From NCBI GenBank assembly GCA_000996245.1, contig LBYP01000005.1, forward strand, positions 10,305 through 74,304: a stretch of DNA of 64,000 nucleotides, given 5' to 3'. Positions 20,187 to 30,726 of the stretch are shown in pieces. Origin of the DNA: Parcubacteria group bacterium GW2011_GWA2_40_23 (GTDB lineage Bacteria; Patescibacteriota; Patescibacteriia; UBA11705; JABHMO01). Below the pieces are notes generated by a model. The model was not told where the DNA came from. It was given only the letters and a program-made list of their open reading frames with translations, and ran no database searches. Position 1 is the first letter of the stretch; the number at the start of each line of letters is the position of its first letter. The position numbers were made by a program, and so were the translations under genes.

Positions 20187-21071
20187 ATGAGCTTATTCAA
20201 TCTCATCAAAGCAACAAACGATCAAGACTCAGTCATGGCTTTTTTTGAATCTCGAGGGTACCAAAATATTCAGAAGAAAATAGCAGAAAGTCTTAACACC
20301 ATCCTGTCGGCCACAAAAGGCGATCAAAAATGCTTTATCAAAAAATTTAATCCTAATGGCAGACCAGCAGAAGTAAATTTAGCAAGAATCACAACTGAAG
20401 TTGCCTGCTACAAACATTTACCTTCAGCAATTTTAATCGACGCCGTGGAGCTAAATATAGAACAAAAATATATTATTTTACACTGGGCAGATTTAGAAGA
20501 TACGGGGGATGATCCAGAATCGATCGAAGCCCTTGTGGATCTGGGCCTTAATGTTTTGCCCCAAATTGATGCTTCTTTTTTACCGGAAGTTTTATGGGAC
20601 CATTACAAAGAAATCTTTGAGAAAGCGAAACAGCTTCATACAGCCGGAATTATAGATGACCCAAAAGAAGTAATTGCTTTTTTTGAAAGTAAAAAAGATT
20701 TGATCATGAATGCTAAAAAAGATTTTGCACATCAAGACTTTAATCGTCGCAATGTTAAAACAGTAAATAGAAAATTAAAACTTTTTGACTTTGAACTCTC
20801 GCGTCCTAACAATGCCATGGTCGATATGGCTTCTTTGTACATCGACATTAAAGATAGAGCCGATTTGGTCGAAACTTTTTCAAAGAGAATCAAAGAGAGT
20901 GAATTATATGACGAAGAATTATTAGATTTGATGATAATTCGGAGAGCCACTCTGTTTATGTATTCATTTATTGATGTTCTAAAAGCCGGAACCAAATTAC
21001 AATTTTTACAAAATAATGTAGAGGCATACAAAGAAATTACCGCCAAAGTGTTGCGCTCGACTTCTAACTAG
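20187..21071 (+). CDS. APH/choline kinase-like phosphotransferase
   Basis: FIKK, HQDFNRRNV, LFDFE motifs. Confidence 0.75.
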   Translation: MSLFNLIKATNDQDSVMAFFESRGYQNIQKKIAESLNTILSATKGDQKCFIKKFNPNGRPAEVNLARITTEVACYKHLPSAILIDAVELNIEQKYIILHWADLEDTGDDPESIEALVDLGLNVLPQIDASFLPEVLWDHYKEIFEKAKQLHTAGIIDDPKEVIAFFESKKDLIMNAKKDFAHQDFNRRNVKTVNRKLKLFDFELSRPNNAMVDMASLYIDIKDRADLVETFSKRIKESELYDEELLDLMIIRRATLFMYSFIDVLKAGTKLQFLQNNVEAYKEITAKVLRSTSN

Positions 21072-21142
21072 TAGACTTAACGTCCCTTTTTAAAAAATGT
21101 CCCACAAGGCTTGAGCCCGGTGGGATTTTACGAATAGAATTG

Positions 21143-21490
21143 CTATCGTTTGTCAGCGATGCAATGCCTTAAAAGGTAGAAATGCAACCACTTACCGGCA
21201 TGGATGTCCGAAAAGGCTACTGGAGGATTAGGTATACCCTCCACAGGAACTTCGAACAGAAGGTCGACATCGCCATCGTCGCTACGGGACTCGACGTGAA
21301 TCAAGTCACCCGTGTCGATTTCGTACCAAGTCGCAGTATAGCTGGAACGAGCATTCGCCGACAGGACCACTGGCGTGGTGAGCTCTAAGCGTAGAACTTC
21401 TTCCAATCTCAGCAACCGACCGGTACAAGTAACAACATACTCGAAATCAGAAAGACCGACGTAGCTTTGCAACAGGATGAGCTGCTTCAT
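21143..21490 (-). CDS. hypothetical protein (GC-rich islet)
   Basis: Third gene of a minus-strand islet; GAGGG SD. Confidence 0.55.
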   Translation of the reverse strand: MKQLILLQSYVGLSDFEYVVTCTGRLLRLEEVLRLELTTPVVLSANARSSYTATWYEIDTGDLIHVESRSDDGDVDLLFEVPVEGIPNPPVAFSDIHAGKWLHFYLLRHCIADKR

Positions 21491-21515
21491 GCTTCTGCCC
21501 TCGATCTTTCTGCGT

Positions 21516-21740
21516 CTATTTCTGGATCCAGTGATTGGCCAAGAGAACCAGACACTCGTCGCAATGCAGCGGAACCGGGCAGGTATGCGCTTCCGGGAGA
21601 CGCATCTCTTCGCCGCAGGTCACGCAGTAGTAGAACATGTCAGACCCCGCATAGAGCTTGGCGTTGTCGACGCGTTCTTTACCCGCGTTCTTCTCTTGTC
21701 GCAGACGCAATTGCTCCAGGGCCAGTTCTCGCTCGTCCAT
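21516..21740 (-). CDS. small zinc-ribbon-like protein
   Basis: CVTCG...CDEC; AAGGAGGT SD. Confidence 0.6.
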   Translation of the reverse strand: MDERELALEQLRLRQEKNAGKERVDNAKLYAGSDMFYYCVTCGEEMRLPEAHTCPVPLHCDECLVLLANHWIQK

Positions 21741-21765
21741 GAGGAACCTCCTTGTGGGTTAACGA

Positions 21766-21990
21766 CTAGTTACCGCAACCCTCGGTCAGCGGATCGAAAG
21801 ACTCGGCCACGACGCGCTCTTCGGCCCACCTCATCTCCTGCCGACCGATGCGCAGAGCTTCTTCTGCGGACATGAACTTGTGCGCCTGGCTTTTATCCGA
21901 AGCCCAGCCCCAGATGCCATTGAAGTTGCACAGCCACCGATTTCGCAGAGCCTCAGAATCCACGGCAACGTACAGGGGCAACTGTGACAT
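21766..21990 (-). CDS. small hypothetical protein (GC-rich islet)
   Basis: GGAGGT SD; TTGACA promoter at ~22035-22063. Confidence 0.55.
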   Translation of the reverse strand: MSQLPLYVAVDSEALRNRWLCNFNGIWGWASDKSQAHKFMSAEEALRIGRQEMRWAEERVVAESFDPLTEGCGN

Positions 21991-22135
21991 GGCGCACCTC
22001 CGCTGGAAGGGTTCATCGATCCGCACAACAACAAAGATTAACATCACAAAGAGGCTATGTCAACAGCAATTATCCGACAAGTTATTTTTTCTCCTACTTT
22101 TCGAATTAGCAGGTATTTATAATATAATCTTTAAC

Positions 22136-22756
22136 ATGCATATTTACCTTGATGAATCATACAATTTGCAAAAGCAAAAAGGAAAAATGTTTATTAGTAT
22201 AAATGGTTTTGCTGTTTTGGATGCTAATCAGTTAAGAAAACGTTGGCAACGACTTCGAAAACCATATACGAACTACAAACGTAGGATTCATGCGACAGAT
22301 CCATACTTCGAGGAACTCAGAGCAAAAAGCCTCCTGTTACTAAAAGATTCTGATGCGACAATTTTGTCTATATTTCAAATTGTTCAAGAAATTCCTTATA
22401 CACTTTTTGATGATTCAGGCTTAAAATTTGACACAGTTTATGCGGAGTTATTAAAAATATTATTCAAAAAATTGTCTTTCAAAAAACATACACGAATAAT
22501 CATTATTATTGACTCTCGAAAACATACTGGGGGGATTCCAGGGAGAAACCGTTTTCAGCAAAACATTGAAAACTTTTTAAGAACAAATTACTCTGATATT
22601 TTTTGTTCGTTTTTGCCAACGCCATCCTATCTAGATACTTTAGTTGAATTAGCAAACTTTGTGTCCAACAGTTTCTATAAAGCTTATCAAAAGGATGAAA
22701 ACACAATATTCAAACCACTAAGACGTAAACTAATCCAAATCAAAAATCCGCTTTAA
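22136..22756 (+). CDS. DUF3800 domain protein
   Basis: N-terminal IYLDES, IIIDSR, C-terminal S..DTLVELANFVSN, typical of DUF3800. Confidence 0.8.
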   Translation: MHIYLDESYNLQKQKGKMFISINGFAVLDANQLRKRWQRLRKPYTNYKRRIHATDPYFEELRAKSLLLLKDSDATILSIFQIVQEIPYTLFDDSGLKFDTVYAELLKILFKKLSFKKHTRIIIIIDSRKHTGGIPGRNRFQQNIENFLRTNYSDIFCSFLPTPSYLDTLVELANFVSNSFYKAYQKDENTIFKPLRRKLIQIKNPL

Positions 22757-22858
22757 CGCGGATCCTCTAAAAGTGCCTTTCGGGAGTGTCTCTGTTTCTA
22801 CGGGATGTTCTTGACGAGAACGCCCTCCACAAAGCTTTACCCTAAGGACTTATCTTCT
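22741..22858 (-). ncRNA. candidate DUF3800-associated structured ncRNA (convergent)
   Basis: TTGACA-N17-TACAGT promoter (22893-22865), nested stems, terminator ATCCGC-GTTAAA-GCGGAT-TTTT overlapping the DUF3800 stop. Confidence 0.6.
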
Positions 22859-22963
22859 AAATACACTGTACTATTTTACAGACTGCTTGTCAATAATAAA
22901 TAAAATTCATTGCCAAAATCACCCCAAATCAGTACAATAGACTCAACTAATAATCGCTAAATT

Positions 22964-23791
22964 ATGTCTCCAAAACCAGCAGAATACCCACCAGCTACAG
23001 ACAAGGATAATCCAACGTCACCGGAGGCCTATTTGGATTTGCCAAATGTTCAACTTTATATAGAAAAGCTAGAAAACCTTCTAAAAGAACATCCAGAAGC
23101 AGAAGTTTTTGTTAAACGAGCAAAAAGCATGATTTACGACATGCTGACACGCAGAAGTGAATTTATAAAAAACACTGAAGGCGCCGGTCTGAATGTAGCT
23201 GAATTAATGGAAGCATACCAACCACAAATGGCTTGGTATAAAGAAACCAAGGGACGGCTTGTGGACACAATTAATGCTAGTAAAGAATTCAAATGGGAAA
23301 GTAATCCTGGTTGGTTTGGAGTCAACACTAGACCCGAAGAACCAAGAAGAGAAGAGGTAAGCCTTAAAGTTTATGCCACTATTCCAATAACAGAATATGC
23401 TTTTCTGCAACATATACCGGAATTAATGAGCGAACTGCGCCAACTATCCATAGAAAGCGATGATGTTGCCCATATTAAATTTCCCGAAAGCTTAACTGGC
23501 TTTATCTCAAACAATGATTCGATCGTCATTCATTTTAAGAAAAAAGAAAATGTTGAAAAAATTCAAAAACTTTTAGACACCTGGATGAAAGCACACGGAA
23601 TTCATGAAGAACCTCGAGAAATGGGCCGAACCAAAGTTGGGGCAGATCCAAAAGGCAGCAGTTTTTCTGATATACTTTCAAAAACTATCGCCGAATGGCT
23701 AGAACAAAATGCGGGTAAATATGATAATGCTTTACTAGCCCGAGAAGCTGCCAAGCATGCCATTGAACAATCTCAAAAAAAACCTTTTTAA
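22964..23791 (+). CDS. hypothetical protein, HopA1-like C-terminal domain
   Basis: KVYATI, HIKF, NDSIVIHF and SFSDILS resemble HopA1-family motifs (weak). Confidence 0.5.
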   Translation: MSPKPAEYPPATDKDNPTSPEAYLDLPNVQLYIEKLENLLKEHPEAEVFVKRAKSMIYDMLTRRSEFIKNTEGAGLNVAELMEAYQPQMAWYKETKGRLVDTINASKEFKWESNPGWFGVNTRPEEPRREEVSLKVYATIPITEYAFLQHIPELMSELRQLSIESDDVAHIKFPESLTGFISNNDSIVIHFKKKENVEKIQKLLDTWMKAHGIHEEPREMGRTKVGADPKGSSFSDILSKTIAEWLEQNAGKYDNALLAREAAKHAIEQSQKKPF

Positions 23792-23794
23792 CTT

Positions 23795-24453
23795 ATGAAA
23801 TATCTAATAATCAATGCCGACGACTTTGGCTACAGCGATATATTCAACGCCAAAATTTTGGAGCTGATTGAACGTGGGTTAGTTTCTTCCACAACAGTAA
23901 TGGTAAATTACATTACAACGGAACAAACCAACAAATCAAAAAACTTTCTTCGCTAAAAGAATCACAGAACCTAAGCGTCGGGTTGCATTTAGAGTTTTCC
24001 AATGAAAATTTTAAAGCCGAGATAAAAAAGCAGTACGCCAAGTTCTTATCAATTTTTAGCTTCACACCAAGTCATCTTGATTTACACAAATCAACCTATA
24101 TGCGAAAAGCTTTCCCCATCATTATACGATTTTGTAAAAAAAATCATCTCCCCTGCAGAAACCACAATATTGTTGACGTTGACATGGTCAAAACAAAAAA
24201 CGAAGTCATAAGTGGCACCAAAATGAGTTTTGAAGAATTAAAGAAGACTCTCGAAACTTTCAAGGACAATGAAACCTATGAGATTTTATTTCATCCTGGT
24301 ATGTATGACTTGGCTTGCAAATCTAGCTTAAACAAGGAGCGTGAACTTGATGCCAAAAAAATTGAAGATATCTATCCTATTATAAAAGAAAACAATATCC
24401 AGTTAATCAGCTATCTTAATTTGGCTGCTTTATCCTCAAACAAAAACATATGA
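23795..24453 (+). pseudogene. ChbG/YdjC-family deacetylase, frameshifted
   Basis: MKYLIINADDFG from 23795; 1-nt loss near 23930; continues ..SVGLHLE, HLDLH, EILFHPG in another frame. Confidence 0.75.
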
Positions 24454-25106
24454 AACTTCTCCTAACCTCCGCTGGCCTCGCCAACAAATCAATCACAAAC
24501 ACTTTGTTCGACTTAGTCGGTAAAAAACCAGAAGACACGACCATTGTTGTTATTCCAACAGCGTCGAATCTCGCCCTCGGTGATAAAGATTGGTTCATTA
24601 ATGATTTAATTAATTTGCAAAAACAAAATTTTAAATCAATTGAGATCACGGACATCTCCGCTGTCGATGAAAGCATTTGGCGACCAAGCCTAGAAGGCGC
24701 TGATGTGCTTTTCTTTGAAGGTGGCAATAGCTATCATCTCATGGAATGGCTAAATAAATCTGGTCTGACGAAAATGTTGTCTGAGCTTTTAAAAACAAAA
24801 GTCTATGTTGGCGTAAGTGCCGGCAGTATGGTGACAAACAAAAATTTGGCGCTAAACATTTCGCAAATTATTTATGACGAAGATTTAGACAGAAAAGTTG
24901 AGCTGAATGGACTTAATTATGTTGATTTTTATTTTTTACCACATTTAAATTCTCCTGATTTTATAAACTTGAAGGAAAATATTATACGAGAGACTGTCAA
25001 GGATATGTCAGAAAAGATTTATGCACTGGATGACAATTCTGCGCTCAAAATTGTAGACAGCAAAATCGAAATTGTGAGTGAAGGGAAATGGTTTGAGATT
25101 AATTAA
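24450..25106 (+). CDS. peptidase S51 (peptidase E-like)
   Basis: LLLTSAG, IPTAS, GGNSYHL, GVSAGS, LPH. Confidence 0.85.
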   Translation: MKLLLTSAGLANKSITNTLFDLVGKKPEDTTIVVIPTASNLALGDKDWFINDLINLQKQNFKSIEITDISAVDESIWRPSLEGADVLFFEGGNSYHLMEWLNKSGLTKMLSELLKTKVYVGVSAGSMVTNKNLALNISQIIYDEDLDRKVELNGLNYVDFYFLPHLNSPDFINLKENIIRETVKDMSEKIYALDDNSALKIVDSKIEIVSEGKWFEIN

Positions 25107-25112
25107 AAAAAC

Positions 25113-25562
25113 ATGAGAATCGAAATTGACTACTGCCCCACATCAGAAATAAAACATTTTTTTATTTCTGTAGAATTAGATAAAGTTACTTCGATTTCTT
25201 TTGATCACACGATCAAAGGTTGTCGAATTGTGAAGCAAGTTTTGATTGAATCAATTTCTCAGGAACAAGCTGTGAAAAAATACGGGCCAATCGATGCCGA
25301 GTGGGACACTCTGGTAATCGAAGACAAGTTATTTGTCGAAAAATATCATGTCGAATGGATAGATCGCGATAAACGCGACACTGTAAATGGTGAAACCTGG
25401 GAAGCCGTTTGGGAAAAACCTTTAGACGCTCATGTCGACAAAAAACTTTTATTCTACTCTAGATTAATTTCTGATAACTACGAACATTTAAATCAATTCA
25501 CAAAAGAACTCGCAAATTTTGAGACCTATCTAAAAGAACAAATACAAAAACATGCTAGTTAA
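25113..25562 (+). CDS. hypothetical protein
   Basis: 149 aa ORF tightly packed in the array. Confidence 0.6.
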   Translation: MRIEIDYCPTSEIKHFFISVELDKVTSISFDHTIKGCRIVKQVLIESISQEQAVKKYGPIDAEWDTLVIEDKLFVEKYHVEWIDRDKRDTVNGETWEAVWEKPLDAHVDKKLLFYSRLISDNYEHLNQFTKELANFETYLKEQIQKHAS

Positions 25563-26136
25563 ATTTCTACAACAAAATAAATTATTCAAAAACATTATTT
25601 ATAAAATTGGCAAAGCGCGAGCAACTGATTTAATTGGTCGAATAAAACCTCTGCTGAACAAATCAGACAATATTCTCGATATCGGTGCTGGCACCTGCAA
25701 TGTTTATGAACTTTTATTAAATGGAGGCTACAAAGTTACAGCGTTAGATATTCAAAATCTAAGTTTTGTAGATAAGCTCACGCCCACTATTTACGACGGC
25801 AAAAAGATGCCCTATGACGACAACACCTTCGACAAATCGATAATATTAACGGTTTTACATCACACCTCAGAACCGGAAAAAATCTTACAAGAAGCAAAAA
25901 GAGTTTCTAAAAAAATTGTTATCATCGAAGACATTTATTCAAATTGGTTTGAGAAATATGCAACGTATTTTTTTGATAGTTTGCTCAATTTTGAATTCGT
26001 TGGTCATCCATACACAAACAAAAGCGACGAGGAGTGGAAAGAAATTTTTACTAAACTTGGACTCAAACTAATAGAATCAAAACGCAAAAGATCATTACTG
26101 GTTTTTAGTCATGCAACTTATTATCTAGAAAAATAA
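25552..26136 (+). CDS. class I SAM-dependent methyltransferase
   Basis: ILDIGAGT, VLHH. Confidence 0.85.
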   Translation: MLVKFLQQNKLFKNIIYKIGKARATDLIGRIKPLLNKSDNILDIGAGTCNVYELLLNGGYKVTALDIQNLSFVDKLTPTIYDGKKMPYDDNTFDKSIILTVLHHTSEPEKILQEAKRVSKKIVIIEDIYSNWFEKYATYFFDSLLNFEFVGHPYTNKSDEEWKEIFTKLGLKLIESKRKRSLLVFSHATYYLEK

Positions 26137-26149
26137 TTTACAAAAAAAT

Positions 26150-26875
26150 ATGCGTTTTGAATCATGGGGCGAAAGACGTGAAGAAGAACCGAAACTAGAA
26201 GATTATTTAGATAATTCTGAAAAACTTAAAGAGTTAAGTCAATCTGAAATAGAACGTCTTTTAGACAAGGCTCAATCAATGTTGATTGAGATGGAACCCG
26301 GACCAATGAAAAACAAATATCGTCGCTTTATTCAAATAATCAAAGGGATTCTTTTAACTTCTACTTCTTTTGGTAGCGACTCATCATCAATCCAAGTTGC
26401 TGACAGTTACAAGATAATGATTGGGGATACTCGCACAAGCTTAGAAGCTAAAGTTGGGGAAAGCCGTAGTTTTAGTGATTTAGGGAATATCGAGGTACAA
26501 ACACTTGGAATTGATCGACAAAAATCTGCTGCTTTTACCATTAACATTACAGAAAAAACACATCAATGTTGGATAAATCTTCGCTTATTCAAAGTTGTCC
26601 AAAGAGGTGCGTCTGATGAAAAGAGATATCTCTATATTGCCGACAGATATGTGGTACCAACAATAAGAGGTGGCAAGGTTGGCGAACAATTGTTAAAAAT
26701 TGCTGCTGATATTGCAGAAGCGAATGATTGTGAATTAATTTTCGCAACCTTAATACCAGAGGATTCTGAAAATAAAGAAAAATTAGAGGCAGGGCATAAA
26801 AAAGCTGGATATGTGGTTTCTGAAAAAGATGGTAAAGTTACTGCGACAAAAACATTAAAATCGAAATTAGACTAA
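26150..26875 (+). CDS. GNAT-family acetyltransferase domain protein
   Basis: YVVPTIRGGKVGEQLL acetyl-CoA motif and KKAGY. Confidence 0.65.
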   Translation: MRFESWGERREEEPKLEDYLDNSEKLKELSQSEIERLLDKAQSMLIEMEPGPMKNKYRRFIQIIKGILLTSTSFGSDSSSIQVADSYKIMIGDTRTSLEAKVGESRSFSDLGNIEVQTLGIDRQKSAAFTINITEKTHQCWINLRLFKVVQRGASDEKRYLYIADRYVVPTIRGGKVGEQLLKIAADIAEANDCELIFATLIPEDSENKEKLEAGHKKAGYVVSEKDGKVTATKTLKSKLD

Positions 26876-26880
26876 TATTT

Positions 26881-27804
26881 ATGAAAATCATCATCACCTG
26901 TCCTAAAAAATGTTTTAATGAAAAAGAAATTTCAGAACTCGAACAATTCGAAACAGAATTCATTGAATCAAAAAGCATTAACCTTGATGAAGTCGAATCT
27001 TTATATAATTCCAGTGAGTTTATCCTCGTCGTTGATCCGACTTATTTAAAAGAAAGTTGGGACGCCCTGCCAGTCGAAAGAATCGAAAAAATGAAAGGGC
27101 TCAAAGCTCTTTGCCTCACTACCTCATCTTTCAGTTGGATTGATGGTAAAAAACTGGCAGAGCGAGGTATTATTCTTACCAACACTCCAGGCAAATCAAC
27201 CAACGCTGTGGCTGAATTTAATATGTACATGATGATGACATTACTCCGAAAGATTCCTCTCATTGCCAAGAATAATTGGGAAATGGATTATGACAATTTT
27301 ATTAATGATGAAGCCAAAGGCAAAACCGCCGGCATTATCGGACTCGGACAGATCGGTTCTCGAGTTGCGGAACTCTGCGCTGGGCTAGGTCTCAAGGTTT
27401 ATTATTGGGATAGAAAAACAAAAGAAGTTGATTACGAAAGGCTGGAATTGGCTGACCTCCTTAAAAAAGCTGATGTTATATTCAATACGTTAGCCACACC
27501 AACAGAAGTCAAAGGTATAATCACTGACGAAATGATAAAAAATATGAAGCAAACCGCCTTAATAGTCAGCACCTCTGACCCAATTTACAATTCAGAACTC
27601 ATACTCCAACAAGTTGCAGAAAATAAATTGGGCGGTTTTGCCTTTGAAAGTGACTCCAGAAAATTCACTGATTTTAAAGGCAATGTCATGGTTTTCCCAG
27701 AACAGGCTTATCTGACAAAGGAAACATTGGCTAATACTTCTCGCATAACAACTGAAACAGTTCTCTCGGTAATTAAAGGAACTCCAATAAACAAAGTTAA
27801 TTAG
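26881..27804 (+). CDS. D-isomer-specific 2-hydroxyacid dehydrogenase family protein
   Basis: NTPG..AVAE, GIIGLGQIG. Confidence 0.85.
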   Translation: MKIIITCPKKCFNEKEISELEQFETEFIESKSINLDEVESLYNSSEFILVVDPTYLKESWDALPVERIEKMKGLKALCLTTSSFSWIDGKKLAERGIILTNTPGKSTNAVAEFNMYMMMTLLRKIPLIAKNNWEMDYDNFINDEAKGKTAGIIGLGQIGSRVAELCAGLGLKVYYWDRKTKEVDYERLELADLLKKADVIFNTLATPTEVKGIITDEMIKNMKQTALIVSTSDPIYNSELILQQVAENKLGGFAFESDSRKFTDFKGNVMVFPEQAYLTKETLANTSRITTETVLSVIKGTPINKVN

Positions 27805-27811
27805 AGACCTT

Positions 27812-28504
27812 GTGAAAAATAGAAATAAAATAACTTTGTTAATCCTTTTACTCATCCTCCCACCCTTTATTATTTTTCTGAGCCGACATTTTTTCCCATC
27901 AAATTATTTCTTTTCATCAATTTACAAAATAATTTTCCTCTTGCCCTTGTTTTTTCGTTTCTTTATAGAAAAGAAAACACTTAAACAATCCTTTGCGCAA
28001 AATTTCTCTCTCGAGCGGTTCAAGAATAACCTTTGGCCGATGATAATAACTGGAATCGTCCTGGCCGCAACCTATGTTTCAGCCTTTTTCATCTTCAAAG
28101 ACGCATTAAATCTCTCCCTCATCGCCACTAAACTACAAGGATTGATATCTATAGATTTAAGCAACTTAATTTTTATTGGTCTTTACATTGTTATCTTCAA
28201 TTCTTTGCTCGAAGAATTTTTTTGGCGTGGCTTCCTGTTTCAAGAATTACGAAACACTGTCAAACCTTGGCTAGCATACGTGCTGACTGGAATAGCCTTC
28301 TCTTTTCACCACGTCATGTTTTACTATAATTGGTTCAATCTACCATTTTTCCTGGTTGTCACAATAGGTTTAATCCTCTACGCTGTGATCATGAATCTTC
28401 TTTTTGAGAGATACAAGGATTTATTCTCTTGCTGGATGGTTCATGCTTTTGTTGATGTCGTGCAAATATTTATTGCTTTTTCAATTTTTATTCACATCAA
28501 ATAA
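27812..28504 (+). CDS. CPBP (CAAX/Abi) intramembrane metalloprotease
   Basis: EEFFWRG, FSFHH, WMVHAFVD. Confidence 0.88.
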   Translation: MKNRNKITLLILLLILPPFIIFLSRHFFPSNYFFSSIYKIIFLLPLFFRFFIEKKTLKQSFAQNFSLERFKNNLWPMIITGIVLAATYVSAFFIFKDALNLSLIATKLQGLISIDLSNLIFIGLYIVIFNSLLEEFFWRGFLFQELRNTVKPWLAYVLTGIAFSFHHVMFYYNWFNLPFFLVVTIGLILYAVIMNLLFERYKDLFSCWMVHAFVDVVQIFIAFSIFIHIK

Positions 28505-28512
28505 ATTTTTTT

Positions 28513-29232
28513 ATGAAACAAAATAAACCTATAACCATCGGCATTCTTGCCGGCATGGGGCCAAAATCAACTGCTCCCTTTTTAGAGTTGTTAGTTGAAG
28601 AATGTCAAAAACAATATGGCGCAAAAAATGATATTGACTTCCCCCACATGATCATTTATTCTTTGCCAACTCCCTTCTTTGTTGATCAAGCAATTGATGA
28701 CAACCGAATGGAGAAAATAATTCTTGCAGGTCTAAAAAAACTAGAACGTTTTGACGTCGACTTTATCGCTATGCCTTGCAATTCGGCTCACAAATATTTC
28801 CCCAAGTTAAAAGCAAACCTTTCGACTCCCCTCTTAAATATTGTTGATGCTACTGCCACTCGAATAACTAAAAATACCAAGAGAGTAACTCTCTTAGCGA
28901 CTACCAAAACAAACGAAACAAAGCTTTATCAAAACAAATTAAAACGCAAAGGAATCGAAGTTATTTTAAAAGATGAGTGGCAACTTGTTATTAACAATTT
29001 AATCACTAGTGTCAAAGCAGGAAGTAACTCCACTCGTTTGTCCGGCTTGATCAAAAAACTTTTCCAAAAATTTGCAGCCGAACATGTCGACACTTTAATA
29101 ATCGCTTGCACAGAACTGACAAAATTATTTAAAAATGTAAAAGGATTTACAGTTATTGATTCTAGCCACGCATTAGCCGAAGAAACAATAAAAAATTATA
29201 AAATAATTCAGTACCGCAATGAAAATCGATAA
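28513..29232 (+). CDS. Asp/Glu-family amino acid racemase
   Basis: GILAGMGP, MPCNSAH, IACTEL. Confidence 0.9.
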   Translation: MKQNKPITIGILAGMGPKSTAPFLELLVEECQKQYGAKNDIDFPHMIIYSLPTPFFVDQAIDDNRMEKIILAGLKKLERFDVDFIAMPCNSAHKYFPKLKANLSTPLLNIVDATATRITKNTKRVTLLATTKTNETKLYQNKLKRKGIEVILKDEWQLVINNLITSVKAGSNSTRLSGLIKKLFQKFAAEHVDTLIIACTELTKLFKNVKGFTVIDSSHALAEETIKNYKIIQYRNENR

Positions 29233-29914
29233 TATCGAAGTTATTCTAGAACAAGCCAAAAAACTCAATCATACCCTTGAGGTTATTTCTGAAATTAAAT
29301 CCGGCAAAGAGGCCACGGTTTACCAGGTTTTATTGGATGGCAAACTCTTAGCGATGAAAGTTTATAAAAATCAAGAAGACAAAACATTAAAAAATGCGGG
29401 ACAGTATTTAAGTGGAAAACATTATGCGAAACCATCACAAAGAAGGGCAACGGAAAAGGGCAATAAATTTTCTAAAAAATTAAATTATGATAATTGGGTC
29501 AAGCGAGAATTTTATATACTTGAAAAACTATTTAAACTCGGTGCTCAAATACCAGAACCAATTTTACAAATAGAAAATGCTGTTTTTATGGAATATCTGG
29601 GTGATAAAGAAAATTCCGCTCCACGTTTATGCGATTTGAACTTATCAAAAAAAGAGGCTGAGGCTGCTTTCCCTATTGTTCTAGAAACTGCCCTGATATT
29701 CTGGAATTCTGGAATCATCCACGCCGATTTATCGCCCTATAATATCCTTTGGTGGAAAAATAAACCTTATGTGATAGATTTCCCACAAGCGATAGATAAA
29801 AGAACAAACCCCGATGCGCTCAAATTCCTTGAAAGAGATTTACAAAATGTGGTCAAGCATTTTTCTAAGTTTATGGAGATTGATTATGAAAAAATTAGAA
29901 ACCAATTTACCTAA
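29219..29914 (+). CDS. RIO1-family atypical kinase
   Basis: KSGKEATVY, MKVYK, HADLSPYNIL, IDFPQ. Confidence 0.9.
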   Translation: MKIDNIEVILEQAKKLNHTLEVISEIKSGKEATVYQVLLDGKLLAMKVYKNQEDKTLKNAGQYLSGKHYAKPSQRRATEKGNKFSKKLNYDNWVKREFYILEKLFKLGAQIPEPILQIENAVFMEYLGDKENSAPRLCDLNLSKKEAEAAFPIVLETALIFWNSGIIHADLSPYNILWWKNKPYVIDFPQAIDKRTNPDALKFLERDLQNVVKHFSKFMEIDYEKIRNQFT

Positions 29915-29999
29915 TAAATATTTTCGACTAATTTTTATGACGACAACACAACGCGACTTCCTTTCCCGCCGACCGGTTAATGCCACCATTATATTAAGC

Positions 30000-30380
30000 A
30001 TGAACGTAAATAGTTTTGACATCTCTTCTAAGCTACCCAAGGGTTTCTTTTACGATGACGGTCAATTCAGTTTCCCTGCCGGTTTTTGGGAATCTTATCG
30101 AGTAAATGGCAAAGAATATAATGTCGATGGAAACAGAACGGTTGACCAACAAAAAGAATTAATTCTTGCTGATTTGTTAACTGCGGGATTTAGTCAAAAC
30201 GAAGCGAACGATTTCATAACTGCCCTTGAAGTTAAAGAGGCCCAAACAATGCACTTAACCTTTGATGCTTCTAACAAATGGTTGCGAAATCATCTGGAAC
30301 AAGAAGAGTCTGCCATGCGTATTCTAAATGAAGCAAAAAATGAAGTCCAAAATGAGTTGCAAACAAAGCGGTTGAGATAA
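30000..30380 (+). CDS. hypothetical protein
   Basis: ORF followed by terminator at 30391-30425; start uncertain. Confidence 0.5.
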   Translation: MNVNSFDISSKLPKGFFYDDGQFSFPAGFWESYRVNGKEYNVDGNRTVDQQKELILADLLTAGFSQNEANDFITALEVKEAQTMHLTFDASNKWLRNHLEQEESAMRILNEAKNEVQNELQTKRLR

Positions 30381-30490
30381 AATTATAAAAAGAGAGCCCG
30401 GTGGATGACCACACGGGCTCTTTTTACTTCAGCAGAACATGATGAACTCAATTCTCAAGTATCAGTTAAAACTTGTCGAGACAGAAAAGG

Positions 30491-30703
30491 TCAATACGGA
30501 CCATGACGACTTGCACCTGAGCCCCGAGGTTTTATCCTATAGACCTTTCTTCCCCTTTCAATCCGGTAACAGCCCGTACATTCCGTTTTTATGCAGGACA
30601 CCGTTCCTCTTGGAGAATTGGGACTCTCCGTCTCGGGGAGACCGCTCAAGTCCAACTCAGTCCCACACAAGTCACACGTCAATGCGGATTTTTCCTCTGC
30701 CAT
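30491..30703 (-). CDS. small zinc-ribbon-like protein (GC-rich islet)
   Basis: CDLCG...CTGC; GGAG SD. Confidence 0.5.
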   Translation of the reverse strand: MAEEKSALTCDLCGTELDLSGLPETESPNSPRGTVSCIKTECTGCYRIERGRKVYRIKPRGSGASRHGPY

Positions 30704-30726
30704 TTTTTCTTCTCCATCTGGCTTAA

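Noticed and set aside
21848-22135. N-terminal extension of the DUF3800 ORF in the track
   Set aside because: It overlaps a minus-strand gene and its promoter; the family motif starts at ATG 22136
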